Positions 1 to 10,300 of a stretch of DNA of 64,000 nt are shown one piece after another. How positions within the stretch are numbered: position 1 is the stretch's first letter; each line of letters starts with the position of its first letter. The translations under genes were made by a program, and so were the position numbers. The notes below the pieces were generated by a model. That model did not search any database. It saw only the letters and a program-made list of their open reading frames with translations, and was not told the origin of the DNA. This DNA comes from Candidatus Dadabacteria bacterium (GTDB lineage Bacteria > Desulfobacterota_D > UBA1144 > Nemesobacterales > CSP1-2), in assembly GCA_963805855.1 (NCBI GenBank), contig CAWDVW010000005.1, forward strand, positions 800,001-864,000. The letters are read 5' to 3'.

Positions 1-137
1 CCAAGATGCATGCAAATGTTGAGCATGGCTTTTGGCTTGCCTCCGACTTTGAGGATTAAAACCTCGCGACCGAAAAAGTCGATTTTCCTGCCTCCTTCCT
101 CGGGAATCTCATCCAGTTTGCAAAGTGGTACTTTCAT
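1..137 (-). CDS. Rieske (2Fe-2S) domain protein, N-terminal part (runs off window)
   Basis: Manual translation MKVPLCKLDEIPEEGGRKIDFFGREVLILKVGGKPKAMLNICMHLG has the Rieske CxH motif; GAGGAGGT RBS upstream. Confidence 0.8.
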   Translation of the reverse strand, partial: MKVPLCKLDEIPEEGGRKIDFFGREVLILKVGGKPKAMLNICMHL

Positions 138-171
138 ATTTGACCTCCTCAACATGGTTAATTCTCCCAAT

Positions 172-843
172 TTAGCTCCGTTTTATATTTCTTATAGTTT
201 CATCTGCTGTCCAAACCGCATTTGCAAGAAAGCGAAAATTGATGGTAGCCGATTGATAACCGTCTCCTTCCGGAACTCGTGCGGCAGCGGTAGCATCTTT
301 AACTACCGCAATCTCGAATCCTTGTTCTAATAGTTCCCGCAAATGAGATTCCACGCATAAATTAGCGGACATACCAGCCAGGATGAGCTTATCTATCCCA
401 CGCTTTCTTAACTGTAGAGTTAGATCGTTCGATTCCGGTCCATATACCTTATGCGGACTCACAACAATAGTTTTCCCATCATTAATATATGGCTTGTATT
501 GTTCAAGCCAGTCCGCACCCGAGCCCTCAAAATCTTCCAGGCTTAGTGGTCCCTTGCGATCAAACATATTAATGTCGTGCATCAACTTCTCGAGCGCTCC
601 CTCGAATTTCCATCCGTGATCAGCCGGATAATAGTAGTGAGGCGAGATGAAGACTTGAATACCATTTTGTTTGGCTGCTTTTAGCAATAGTTCTATGTTT
701 TCAACTGTGTTATTCTCAGTGACACTTTCACCGACGACTCCCCAGGCAACTCCTTTTGGGCTTAGAAAGTCATTTTGCGGATCTGTAATTACAAGTGCGG
801 TCCGCTCCTCGTCAACTTGTAATCCTGGGTTTGGTAATGCCAT
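172..843 (-). CDS. Cysteine hydrolase / isochorismatase family
   Basis: DPQNDF, K(VYG), AGMSANLCVESH motifs. Confidence 0.9.
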   Translation of the reverse strand: MALPNPGLQVDEERTALVITDPQNDFLSPKGVAWGVVGESVTENNTVENIELLLKAAKQNGIQVFISPHYYYPADHGWKFEGALEKLMHDINMFDRKGPLSLEDFEGSGADWLEQYKPYINDGKTIVVSPHKVYGPESNDLTLQLRKRGIDKLILAGMSANLCVESHLRELLEQGFEIAVVKDATAAARVPEGDGYQSATINFRFLANAVWTADETIRNIKRS

Positions 844-888
844 CGTACTAGCCTCCTTGCATCGAGATTTGATTTCACCAGTACTAGC

Positions 889-903
889 GCAACTCTTGTG
901 CCA
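889..903 (-). promoter_or_regulatory. Sigma-54 (-24/-12) promoter
   Basis: Minus strand TGGCAC-AAGAG-TTGC, ~45 bp upstream of the hydrolase start. Confidence 0.75.
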
Positions 904-1293
904 AACAAAAAAATGTTTCGTTTAACTAGATCTAATGTGCCGAAGTTTAAAGATTTTTTTCCAAGGTGCTTGTACGTAATGTATTCTCAGAGCGATAGAA
1001 GATTACTGTTACATATCGTGGGGCTGTGAAATATCAAAGCGGAGTAAGAAATGGATTTTGATTTTAAGGGTCGCTTGCCTTCTTACGTGCAATTTGACAT
1101 ACAAAATCAAATATCATAAAATGGTTTTTAGGGTCTTGTAAGCTCCCGATAAAAACCCTAATATGGAAAACGACTTATCAGACTCAAAACATTTAAGATT
1201 CGGTCGTCCCAAGAATCCAACCAGCTTTCTTATACCCATATTGATTAGACTAGATTCATGTAAAGGAGTTCCAGTCTCTGGTTCTTATCTAAA

Positions 1294-2277
1294 ATGATCG
1301 ATGAGCTTAGCGCTCTTGAAAGGATTAGAGTGCGATTTGAAAAGGTATCTAAAAGCGTTTTTCTAGGGATTGGTGACGATACAGCCGCGGTAAAAATTCA
1401 CGCTAAAAGACTCCTTCTCGCAACTACTGACTCACAGGTCGAGGATGTACACTTCATAAAAAGGCTTTTCTCAGCTACCGATCTTGCCAGGAGATCGGTC
1501 GCCGTTTCGGTGAGTGATATTGGTGCGATGGGGGGGATACCCAAATTTTTCCTAGCATCTATGGGATTCTCAAGTCAGGAAGATGAAGCATTTCTCGAAG
1601 AGTTAATGAATGGATTTGAGTCCGGAGCAAAGGAATTCGGGTTAGAATTGATAGGAGGTAACCTAAGTTCGTCAAATAAAATTTTCATAGATATAACTGT
1701 GCTCGGTGAAGTAGAGCCTCAATTAATAGTGAAAAGAAATGGAGCAAAACCGGGAGACTTCCTATACCTCAGCGGTTCGGTGGGAGATTCCGCTTTGGGC
1801 CAAAAGTTACTAGGAAGCAGTAAAATTGCAGAGTCCGACGAGTATTTAATAATGAGACATAAAAGACCTCAGCCAAGGCTTGACCTCGGCAGAGAACTCG
1901 CAAGAAAAAAACTCGCCAGTTCTATGATTGACATAAGCGACGGTCTTTTGCTTGACCTCGAACGAATATCTATCAAACAGGGTTTAGGTGCCACAATATA
2001 CCTTGATCGCATACCATTGTCATCCAACTATAAGAAGCGAATCTCAGATTTTTCAAAGGATCTTTATTCGATCGCAATCTCCGGAGGAGAAGACTATGAA
2101 CTACTTTTTTCTTCGTCTAAAGAAAATGAAGAAGCAATACAAGAACTGTCGAGAATTCAAAAAATAAAGATAACAAAAATAGGGCATATAACCGAACAAC
2201 CCTCAATTCATCTCCTGAACGAAGATGGAGAAGAAATTAGCTACGACGACAGGGGATTTGTTCATTTTGTTTCATAG
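1294..2277 (+). CDS. thiL: Thiamine-phosphate kinase
   Basis: GIGDDTA, SDIGAMGG, MIDISDGL, GGEDYEL motifs. Confidence 0.95.
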   Translation: MIDELSALERIRVRFEKVSKSVFLGIGDDTAAVKIHAKRLLLATTDSQVEDVHFIKRLFSATDLARRSVAVSVSDIGAMGGIPKFFLASMGFSSQEDEAFLEELMNGFESGAKEFGLELIGGNLSSSNKIFIDITVLGEVEPQLIVKRNGAKPGDFLYLSGSVGDSALGQKLLGSSKIAESDEYLIMRHKRPQPRLDLGRELARKKLASSMIDISDGLLLDLERISIKQGLGATIYLDRIPLSSNYKKRISDFSKDLYSIAISGGEDYELLFSSSKENEEAIQELSRIQKIKITKIGHITEQPSIHLLNEDGEEISYDDRGFVHFVS

Positions 2278-3630
2278 ATGCAAGATATAGCCTTTATACA
2301 AAATCTTTTTTTGCTTTTGATCTTTCTTTTTCTCTCGGGATTCTTTTCAATGTCTGAGGGGGCGCTTTTTTCACTTGGCAGGCACCATCGCGCTCAGATC
2401 AAAAAAGAGGGTAAAAAAAATGCCACACTGATTGAGAGACTTCTAAGGGAACCTTACAAATTAATAATTACAATTCATCTTTCAGATGAAATTCTTAACG
2501 TTGCCTACTCGAGCATAACAGCATTGACGGTTAGACAATTACTGGCAAATTACTGGAACGAAGGATTTCTCACCATATTATCAATTTGTATCGCATCTCC
2601 CAGTCTGCTGCTCCTCGGTGAGATAGGACCCAAGACAATTGGAGTCAAGTACCCTAGACTGATAGCTAGAATCATCTCCTATCCCTTAAATCTCTACCAC
2701 ATGCTAATAACCCCTCTTAGAGTAATAGTTATGGCACTTTCCATCGGTATAACATGGATTTTGGGAGGGGGGAAGATCGAGCATGAAAGTAAAGACGGTT
2801 TCTCACCGGAGGAGATGAAGGCGCTACTAGGACTAGGAACTCAAGAGGGTGTATTGACAGACATTGAAAGGAAACTGGTAAGCAGCTTATTTAAACTTGA
2901 GGACATACGCGTCGACAAACTCATGACCCCCGGAATAAACCTGTTCTCCCTTCCGGTAGACATAACCACTCATCAAGCTATTAACAGCATAAAAAAAAGT
3001 GGGTTCTCAAGGGTTCCTATTTATAATGAAGAAAAGGACAGCATAGTAGGGATCCTCTATGCGAAAGACCTTCTATCATCAAACTCTTCAAACGGACAGA
3101 ACAAGTTAGAAGGAATTTTAAGGCCACCATATTTCATTCCTAAGACAAAAAGGGCATTCGATCTCTTGAGGGAGTTTCAGCAGAAGAGAACTCAGATAGC
3201 AATAGTTGTAGACGAATACGGTAGGGTTGACGGCATAATAACAATGGAGGATATCCTCGAGGAGCTGTTCGGCGAGATTGAAGACGAGAGGAGAGCCATA
3301 AAGGACAGTAAAGTAGTTCGAGAGGGTGAGACTCTTATAATACCTGGGAGCATGAAGATAGAAGAATTCAACGATGGCTACATATTTACGGTACTCAGGC
3401 CCGGCGGCCTAAGTTCTTTAGCAGCTGACCTTGACGATTCAATTATACCGGCTCAGGAAGATCGTGAAACGCTTGGTGGATTCGTTTTTGATCTATTTGG
3501 ACGGTTCCCTCATGAGGGCGAACAAGTTAGATTCGGGAGTTTACTCCTCACAGTTAATAAGGTTAGCGGGAAAAGAATCTCAGAGGTTAAAGTCGAAAGA
3601 TACGAGCGGGAGGTGTCGAATGTCGCTTGA
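2278..3630 (+). CDS. CNNM/HlyC-CorC family transporter (CNNM + CBS pair + CorC domain)
   Basis: FSxSE, GEIGPK, FSRVPIY, VVDEYG...EDILEELFGEIEDE. Confidence 0.9.
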   Translation: MQDIAFIQNLFLLLIFLFLSGFFSMSEGALFSLGRHHRAQIKKEGKKNATLIERLLREPYKLIITIHLSDEILNVAYSSITALTVRQLLANYWNEGFLTILSICIASPSLLLLGEIGPKTIGVKYPRLIARIISYPLNLYHMLITPLRVIVMALSIGITWILGGGKIEHESKDGFSPEEMKALLGLGTQEGVLTDIERKLVSSLFKLEDIRVDKLMTPGINLFSLPVDITTHQAINSIKKSGFSRVPIYNEEKDSIVGILYAKDLLSSNSSNGQNKLEGILRPPYFIPKTKRAFDLLREFQQKRTQIAIVVDEYGRVDGIITMEDILEELFGEIEDERRAIKDSKVVREGETLIIPGSMKIEEFNDGYIFTVLRPGGLSSLAADLDDSIIPAQEDRETLGGFVFDLFGRFPHEGEQVRFGSLLLTVNKVSGKRISEVKVERYEREVSNVA

Positions 3631-4849
3631 GATCGTTATTCTTGTGGTTGTGATATGCCTCCTGCTTCAGGCTTTTTTTGCAGGATCCGAGATTGCGATT
3701 GTTTCCTGCGATAAGGTAAAGATGAAAGCCCTGGCAGAGAAGGGCTCTACGAGTGCAAAGCTGGTTTTAGACTCTTTCCTGAAGATCGAAAGATTCGTGA
3801 GCACATCTCTCGTCGGGATAAATCTCTCGCTCATAACAAGCACGATTGTACTAACTTTCTTCATACAGGATTATCTTGGCAAGGGGGGGGAATTGTACGC
3901 AATATTGATACTCTCTCCCTTGGTTGTGATATTCGGGCAGGTTGTTCCAAAGGCGGTGTTTCAGAGAAGAAGAAACACAATAGTTCTTTGGTCAATCTAT
4001 CCATTGTGGGTTGCGTCAAGGATATTTTCACCAATCTTATTTATGATCAACATTTTCGTGAGGGGCATGTTAAATCTTATTGGAAGCACGGAAAACCCAT
4101 TTATTACAAGGGAAGAACTACTACACGCCATCAATATAGGCAATAACAGGCTTCAGGCGGATTATAGTGAAAAAATAATCAGAAGAATATTTAGGTTCTC
4201 AGAAACTAAAATCGATGAAATCATGATCCCCTTAATTCAAGTCGTTGCGATCAGCGAGGATACAAAAGTTAGAGATGCTATAAAGATGATTAATGAAACC
4301 GGACACTCCAGAATCCCAATCTATAAAGATAGGGTGGACAATATAACTGGAATGTTGATAGCATTTTATTTGCTTGGAGCGAACCCTGAAGAACCGGTAA
4401 AGAACCACGCACGAACTCCATTCTATGTCCCCGAGACGAAACTTGTAGATGAACTCCTTGACGAGATGAAAAAAGGACGTGCCGGAATGGCTGTCGTCGT
4501 CGATGAATACGGAGGAGCTGTAGGAGTCATCACACTTGAAGACATCTTAGAAGAGGTGGTAGGGGAAATCGAAGACGAATACGACAAGGGAATAAAATTC
4601 TGGAGAAAGGTGTCAGAAAATGAATACCTCATAAACACCAAGATCGAGCTGGACGATTTAAACGAGGAGTTAAGGCTCAGCATACCTGAGGGTGATTACG
4701 ATACTCTGAGTGGTTTCCTTCTTACCGAGTTTGGATCAATACCAAATGTTGGAGACAAGATTTCGCATAGAAACTACACCTTCATCGTTACGAAAGCCTC
4801 TTCCCGCCTGATTGAGGAAGCGAAATTAATAATTAAAAATAAAGGGTAA
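3620..4849 (+). CDS. CNNM/HlyC-CorC family transporter (second paralog)
   Basis: ATG at 3620 after GGAGG, overlapping the upstream stop; HSRIPIY, VVDEYGG...[11 protein letters not shown]. Confidence 0.9.
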   Translation: MSLEIVILVVVICLLLQAFFAGSEIAIVSCDKVKMKALAEKGSTSAKLVLDSFLKIERFVSTSLVGINLSLITSTIVLTFFIQDYLGKGGELYAILILSPLVVIFGQVVPKAVFQRRRNTIVLWSIYPLWVASRIFSPILFMINIFVRGMLNLIGSTENPFITREELLHAINIGNNRLQADYSEKIIRRIFRFSETKIDEIMIPLIQVVAISEDTKVRDAIKMINETGHSRIPIYKDRVDNITGMLIAFYLLGANPEEPVKNHARTPFYVPETKLVDELLDEMKKGRAGMAVVVDEYGGAVGVITLEDILEEVVGEIEDEYDKGIKFWRKVSENEYLINTKIELDDLNEELRLSIPEGDYDTLSGFLLTEFGSIPNVGDKISHRNYTFIVTKASSRLIEEAKLIIKNKG

Positions 4850-4895
4850 CGATTGGATACAGCCTGATTTCCTGATAAGATTCTAAGCATCGGAC

Positions 4896-5483
4896 ATGCC
4901 AAGAAAAGCAAAAGTAGAAAGAAAAACATCTGAAGTCACTGTATCGGTAGACATAAACCTCGATGGTAAAGGCAAGTATGAGATTGAAACCGGTATACCA
5001 TTTTTCAATCATATGCTATCGCAGTTTGCAAAACACGGTTTCTTCGATCTAAAAATTAAAGCTAAGGGAGACATCGATATCGATTTCCACCACACGGTTG
5101 AGGATGTCGGACTTGCTTTGGGGGAGGCATTTCTGAAAGCACTCGGAGACAAAAGGGGAATAGCCAGATTCGGAGAAGCCTTCGTTCCATTCGATGAAAC
5201 CCTTGTTTTTGCCTCAGTCGACCTTAGCGGTAGACCTTTTTTCGTCCATAAGGTCCTCAGGCAAAAGGGCAAAGTTGGTGATTTTGACGTTGAGCTCGAA
5301 AAAGAGTTTTTTAAATCACTATCTAATAGCCTCATGTGCAACCTGCACATTGAGCTAAAACACGGGGATAACATTCATCATATAATCGAAGCAGCCTTTA
5401 AGTCTGTAGGCCGGGCACTCGATCGAGCATCTATGATCGACGCACGCTCGAAGGGAGTACCTTCGACCAAGGGAAGACTCTGA
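4896..5483 (+). CDS. hisB: Imidazoleglycerol-phosphate dehydratase
   Basis: DFHHTVED, NIHHIIEA, PSTKG motifs. Confidence 0.97.
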   Translation: MPRKAKVERKTSEVTVSVDINLDGKGKYEIETGIPFFNHMLSQFAKHGFFDLKIKAKGDIDIDFHHTVEDVGLALGEAFLKALGDKRGIARFGEAFVPFDETLVFASVDLSGRPFFVHKVLRQKGKVGDFDVELEKEFFKSLSNSLMCNLHIELKHGDNIHHIIEAAFKSVGRALDRASMIDARSKGVPSTKGRL

Positions 5484-5487
5484 TCAC

Positions 5488-5578
5488 GATTCATGATACA
5501 CGATGCAGGATGCAAGATAAATGGAGCCTTTCAGATTCATCCTGTATCATGTATCGTGCATCGTGCATCTGGTATCAT
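5488..5578. repeat. Inverted arrays of heptamer repeats (GATGCAN / NTGCATC)
   Basis: gattcat-gatacac-gatgcag-gatgcaa then ctgtatc-atgtatc-gtgcatc-gtgcatc. Confidence 0.8.
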
Positions 5579-5638
5579 AATCTCGTTAATTTGTGTTTAT
5601 TCGTGTCTATTTGTGGCTGAACTTAATTGAGAAGCTAA

Positions 5639-6289
5639 ATGATTGCAATAATCGATTACGGAATGGGAAATCTCAGGAGTGTCAGCAAGGGGTTCCAAAG
5701 CCTTGGATATTCAACCTCTGTAACAAGAACCCCTGAGGAGATATTAAATTCGAGCGGTATTGTACTTCCCGGAGTCGGCGCGTTCGGTGATTGCATTAGA
5801 AACCTCGATGAATTTAACTTAATAGAACCTATTAAAAAATCCATTATACAAGAGAAACCTTTCTTGGGAATTTGTCTCGGACTGCAGGTGCTGTTTGAGG
5901 AAAGCGAGGAGTCACCAGGAATCAGAGGACTGGGAATCTTCAAGGGCAAGATTCTTAAATTTCCGAAATTCGACGACAAAAGGCTAAAAATACCTCACAT
6001 GGGCTGGAATCAAGTCGAATTTGCTAAAGAAACGCCTTTACTTAAAGGAATACCAAATAGGAGCTGGTTCTATTTTGTACACTCATACTATCCGGAACCC
6101 GACGATCAAGAAATTATCGCAGGGAGGACTACTTACGGCATAGATTTCACATGTGCCGTGAGTAGGGGAAACATCTTTGCGTGCCAATTCCACCCCGAAA
6201 AGAGCAGTAATCTGGGCCTCAGGATTCTAAGTAACTTTGCAAACTTGTTTGGAGAAAAAAACGAGCGTAGGGTTGAAAAAACCGCATAG
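5639..6289 (+). CDS. hisH: Imidazole glycerol phosphate synthase glutaminase subunit
   Basis: IDYGMGN, PGVG, GICLG, QFHPEKS. Confidence 0.97.
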   Translation: MIAIIDYGMGNLRSVSKGFQSLGYSTSVTRTPEEILNSSGIVLPGVGAFGDCIRNLDEFNLIEPIKKSIIQEKPFLGICLGLQVLFEESEESPGIRGLGIFKGKILKFPKFDDKRLKIPHMGWNQVEFAKETPLLKGIPNRSWFYFVHSYYPEPDDQEIIAGRTTYGIDFTCAVSRGNIFACQFHPEKSSNLGLRILSNFANLFGEKNERRVEKTA

Positions 6290-6405
6290 CCATCAAGGCC
6301 CAAACGATTAAACAATCTCCAAGCGCCAAATGTCAAACGTTTACGATTTTGAAATTGAAAATTGTTTGTAATTCGTGATTTGAGATTTGGGATTTATCTG
6401 TAATT
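6290..6405. repeat. Imperfect low-complexity inverted repeat between convergent genes
   Basis: caaac/caat-rich arm followed by ttgaaat/ttgagat/ttgggat arm. Confidence 0.45.
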
Positions 6406-6433
6406 TCTGCGGCTAATTAGTTAGAATGAGCTT

Positions 6434-8470
6434 TTAATCATAGATCGCTTTATATGCCCCGTAGCTCCTCAAAATCCTTCTTATGTAGTTTCTGGTCTCC
6501 CTGAAGGGAATTTCCTCGACAAACTCATCTTTTGGAAGATTTGGAAACATGATTAGCCAATCTTCTGCCCTATTCGGCCCTGCGTTATAACTTGCAAGGG
6601 CTAGATGAATATCACCATTAAACATATTCAACACCTTCTTAAAATAATAGATACCCAATTCAATATTGACCCTAGGGATATTCAGCATCCCCGTATTAAA
6701 ACCATTCATACCTACCTCCCCCGCAGTTAACTTCGCCGTTGATGGAAGCATCTGCATTAGTCCAATTGCATTGGCAGGAGAGCGAACATCCTTTTGAAAT
6801 CTGCTCTCCTCCCTCATTATCGAATAAACTAGGTATTCATCCACGTTATATTTTTTTGCATAGGCCTTTACAATCTCACTATACGCCCGCGGATAGGAAA
6901 GGCTAATCGCTACAGGTGAATTTAGGCCCTCAGCTACTTTTACAGAATTATAAAAGTCGTTCACTCGGGCATAAAGAAGACTCGCTTGGACAAGCTCTTT
7001 ATCGGTGTTGGATCGCTTGAGCATTTCATCTATTTCCAAGGATGCGTCATCAAACATTTCCAGCTCAGCTAATAAGTCGACCTTGAGTCTCTTCGAATCA
7101 TTATCGCCCGATTGAGCATAAGCCTCAGGCGTCAAACCTCCGAAGCTGGGTCTTTTACCTGTCTTGATTTGTGCAAGGTAGGAATGATAAGAAGGGGTTT
7201 GAGACGTTGCAAGCTCATCATAAATAGCAAAGGCTTCTGCTTTTTTCCCTTGCTTTTCTAGAACTCTAGCCTTCCAATATTTATTATTTGTCGAGTTGAA
7301 AGGCACCGAGGAATTTGTGAAGGCGGAAAAGGTAGACAGCGCTTGAATTAACTTTCCCCGGTTGTAATATATCCATCCAAGATTCCAGGCACCATCCTCC
7401 GCAAACTCGCTATTAGGGTACTTTCTTATGAGCTCGTCATATAAGTTTATAGCTCTATCTATGTTGTCGTTTATCTGATAGAGCCTGGCAGCAATATAAA
7501 GACCCTCCGGAGCCAGCGGACTGCTTGGATAAGTTAGATGAAGTGTTCTATAGAGTTCAGATGCCTCTCCATCACGACCTTGCTTAGCCCGGATTTTTGC
7601 CCTCCAATACAGGGAGTCGGGGGAATTGATCCCGGCCAGTGAATTTAAAGCTTCCTCGAGCCTACCAACATGAAACATCGCAATACCCATTTTAGTCTTC
7701 ACATCGCTTGTTTTTGCAACTTTATTAAAATCTTTGAGCGAAGAGCTCCACATTGAGTTATCAAATAATATCTGAGCCCTTTTTAGATAATCTGATTCAC
7801 TAACTGTGAATGGAATCCCCTGCTTACTACCTATGTAAATTGCATTGTTGTATGCGACATCCTCGAAAATACTGTCAGGATACTCTACCCAAAGCGATTT
7901 ATATATATTGGTAGCTTCCATATACTTACCCTGACTCTGCAATGAGTTCCCCAATTTACTTAAGAATAATGCCTTATCCTGTCGATCCGTCTCGTCATTG
8001 TATAAGTTTCTAAATACATTCTCGGCGCCATCATAATTACCGGTCTCAAGGTAGATATCGCCCAGAGCTATCAGGGTCCTTTTCCTGACCCCCGTCGAGG
8101 GATAGGAGCTTATAATTCGATTAAGAAGTTTTTCCGCGCCCGGCGAATTCCCCAAACCCTTCTGCCCAATGGCTTGATAATATAGAATGTAATCGGATAT
8201 GAGTGGCAATTCATTTTCAAGGCCGTCAAGCACTGAAACTCCCTCTTGAAACCTTCCTATTTTTATCAAACAGTATCCTCTCTTGTACCTCTCCTTGGCA
8301 CCCTTACTTACCTGTTGATTAGCCAGATAAGCGCAATTGATTTCTGCTTGGGATGTTTGGTTAACAAACGCTATGGTCACAAAAATCAAAACAATTGATA
8401 AGAGTGCTTTATGGTTCGAACTCAATACAGAATTGAAAAATCGCCCGATATTTAAAGCCAGACTATTCAT
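6434..8470 (-). CDS. slt: Soluble lytic transglycosylase with TPR repeats
   Basis: REESRF, AIGLMQM, ASYNAG, IPFRETRNY; TPR-rich N-terminus. Confidence 0.9.
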   Translation of the reverse strand: MNSLALNIGRFFNSVLSSNHKALLSIVLIFVTIAFVNQTSQAEINCAYLANQQVSKGAKERYKRGYCLIKIGRFQEGVSVLDGLENELPLISDYILYYQAIGQKGLGNSPGAEKLLNRIISSYPSTGVRKRTLIALGDIYLETGNYDGAENVFRNLYNDETDRQDKALFLSKLGNSLQSQGKYMEATNIYKSLWVEYPDSIFEDVAYNNAIYIGSKQGIPFTVSESDYLKRAQILFDNSMWSSSLKDFNKVAKTSDVKTKMGIAMFHVGRLEEALNSLAGINSPDSLYWRAKIRAKQGRDGEASELYRTLHLTYPSSPLAPEGLYIAARLYQINDNIDRAINLYDELIRKYPNSEFAEDGAWNLGWIYYNRGKLIQALSTFSAFTNSSVPFNSTNNKYWKARVLEKQGKKAEAFAIYDELATSQTPSYHSYLAQIKTGKRPSFGGLTPEAYAQSGDNDSKRLKVDLLAELEMFDDASLEIDEMLKRSNTDKELVQASLLYARVNDFYNSVKVAEGLNSPVAISLSYPRAYSEIVKAYAKKYNVDEYLVYSIMREESRFQKDVRSPANAIGLMQMLPSTAKLTAGEVGMNGFNTGMLNIPRVNIELGIYYFKKVLNMFNGDIHLALASYNAGPNRAEDWLIMFPNLPKDEFVEEIPFRETRNYIRRILRSYGAYKAIYD

Positions 8471-8473
8471 AGG

Positions 8474-9295
8474 TTACGTCCCGCTTAATTTCGGATCTAG
8501 CATATCTCTAATGCCTTCACCGAATAGATTAAAAGAGAATGCGGTTATGAAAATCGCAAGACTAGGAAAAACAATCAAATGAGGAAAAGTCCTGATTCCC
8601 TGCCAACCGGTGCTGGCAAGCGTGCCCCAGCTCGACTCGGGCGGAGAAATCCCTAACCCGAGGAAGCTTAATGTAGATTCGGCCAATATAGCATACGGAA
8701 CGGCAAAGGTAACAGTAATGATCAGTGGACTCAGTATGTTAGGAAAGATGTGAACGGTAAGTATTCTGAAGGGAGATGCGCCAAGACCTCGGGCCGACTC
8801 GACAAAATCCACTGCCTTAAGTTGCATGACCGTACCCCTTACAATTCTTGCAACTCTCATCCAGGCAGTAAGCCCAAGGGCAATTACGATGCCCAATACG
8901 CCTCGTCCGATTACCAAAGTAATGAGTACTATAAGCAGTAGATCCGGAAGAGAATAAAATACATCTACTATTCTCATCATCGCCTCGTCAAGCTTTCCCC
9001 CCACGTAACCGGATATAGCCCCGTAGATCGTACCTATAAAAAACGCAACAAATGCTGTTCCGAGAGCAACGAAGATGGATACCCTCGCCCCGTAAATAAC
9101 CCTGCTTAAAAGATCTCTCCCCTCCTCATCGGTTCCCATGAGATGATTCTTACTGGGCGATTTTAAAAGGTTATTAAAGTCTGCTTCATAATAAGCGTAA
9201 GGTGTGATATAAGGAGCAGCCACAGCTACGCCTATAATAGTGATGATAATGAAGCCGGTGAGAACTACTTGTAGCTTTAATAACATATCATTCAA
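8474..9295 (-). CDS. Peptide/nickel ABC transporter permease (OppC/DppC)
   Basis: HLMGTDEEGRDL, EAA-like VESARGLGAS, ESTLSFLGLG. Confidence 0.9.
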   Translation of the reverse strand: MNDMLLKLQVVLTGFIIITIIGVAVAAPYITPYAYYEADFNNLLKSPSKNHLMGTDEEGRDLLSRVIYGARVSIFVALGTAFVAFFIGTIYGAISGYVGGKLDEAMMRIVDVFYSLPDLLLIVLITLVIGRGVLGIVIALGLTAWMRVARIVRGTVMQLKAVDFVESARGLGASPFRILTVHIFPNILSPLIITVTFAVPYAILAESTLSFLGLGISPPESSWGTLASTGWQGIRTFPHLIVFPSLAIFITAFSFNLFGEGIRDMLDPKLSGT

Positions 9296-9448
9296 GAACT
9301 TAGGTTAATTAATTTTACTAATTCGATTACATGTATTACATTACCGCCATCACAACAGACACATAATAAGTCGATTGCCCGCAATAATTATCAATGATTT
9401 GGCTAGCGGTTATATAATTTTACAACTTTGAACGAAATAATCATCGAT

Positions 9449-9817
9449 TCAAATGGTTCTTCTCCGATTATTTTTTTTAGAGTACGTTGCCCTTACGATC
9501 GTTTTAATCCCGCCTCTTACGTTAAAATCGCCAATTACCTCAGCCCTCAATGGTTTGCAAGCACCCACGAGATCGTCAAGTATCTTATTGGTGACATGCT
9601 CGTGAAACTCTCCCACATTTCTGTAAGAGTGTATATAGAGCTTAAGAGACTTAAGCTCTATACAAAGTTTGTCAGGTACATACTTGATTCGTATTACAGC
9701 GAAATCAGGCTGCCGCGTCCTTGGGCATATCGAAGTAAATTCGGGGCATGTTATATCAATCTCATACTCCCTCCCCGAATATTGATTTTTAAATGTTTCA
9801 AGTATTTCGCTGCCCAT
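9449..9817 (-). CDS. queF: 7-cyano-7-deazaguanine reductase
   Basis: PEFTSICP, QPDF, ELKSLKLY, HE, RGG. Confidence 0.95.
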   Translation of the reverse strand: MGSEILETFKNQYSGREYEIDITCPEFTSICPRTRQPDFAVIRIKYVPDKLCIELKSLKLYIHSYRNVGEFHEHVTNKILDDLVGACKPLRAEVIGDFNVRGGIKTIVRATYSKKNNRRRTI

Positions 9818-9840
9818 AATCTAATCTTATGACTCGGATG

Positions 9841-10020
9841 CTATGAATGAACCGTAAGATCAATCTCATAAGCCCCCTTGATCCTTTTTACCCTGTTGTC
9901 ACTGTACCCCTGCGAAATATAGGTGAGTCCTTTCTTAGCCGCCTCCTTTAACTTCTTCGACACTTGTTTTTTGAGCTCCTCTTTAGTTTTAGCCCTGACA
10001 GTGATAATCTTTGCAGGCAT
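9841..10020 (-). CDS. Small basic hypothetical protein (59 aa, below ORF-track cutoff)
   Basis: MPAKIITVRAKTKEELKKQVSKKLKEAAKKGLTYISQGYSDNRVKRIKGAYEIDLTVHS; AGGAGG RBS. Confidence 0.7.
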   Translation of the reverse strand: MPAKIITVRAKTKEELKKQVSKKLKEAAKKGLTYISQGYSDNRVKRIKGAYEIDLTVHS

Positions 10021-10161
10021 ATGACATTAAATCCTCCTGTTTGGAAATTTTAGGCCTAGACAAAATTATTTTATGTATTATATACAAATATGCAATAGAA
10101 TAGATCACTAGACTAGATCTTGACTGAAATGATGATTTTATAAATACTAAAAACCTTCAAC

Positions 10162-10235
10162 TGGGGGATAGTCTAACGGCAGGACGATGGGCTCTGGACC
10201 CATAAGTCTAGGTTCGAATCCTAGTCCCCCAGCCA
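10162..10235 (+). tRNA. tRNA-Gln(CTG)
   Basis: Cloverleaf; ATGGG-CT-CTG-GA-CCCAT; GTTCGAATC; CCA end. Confidence 0.95.
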
Positions 10236-10300
10236 CATGAAACAATGCTGATCTAGGAAGATTCTGATTTCCAGAAAATAATATGTTCTATTCTGATTAA

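Noticed and set aside
3431-3619. N-terminal extension of the second CNNM ORF
   Set aside because: Overlaps the upstream gene; SD-supported ATG at 3620
2278-4849. Tandem CNNM/HlyC paralogs
   Set aside because: Common arrangement
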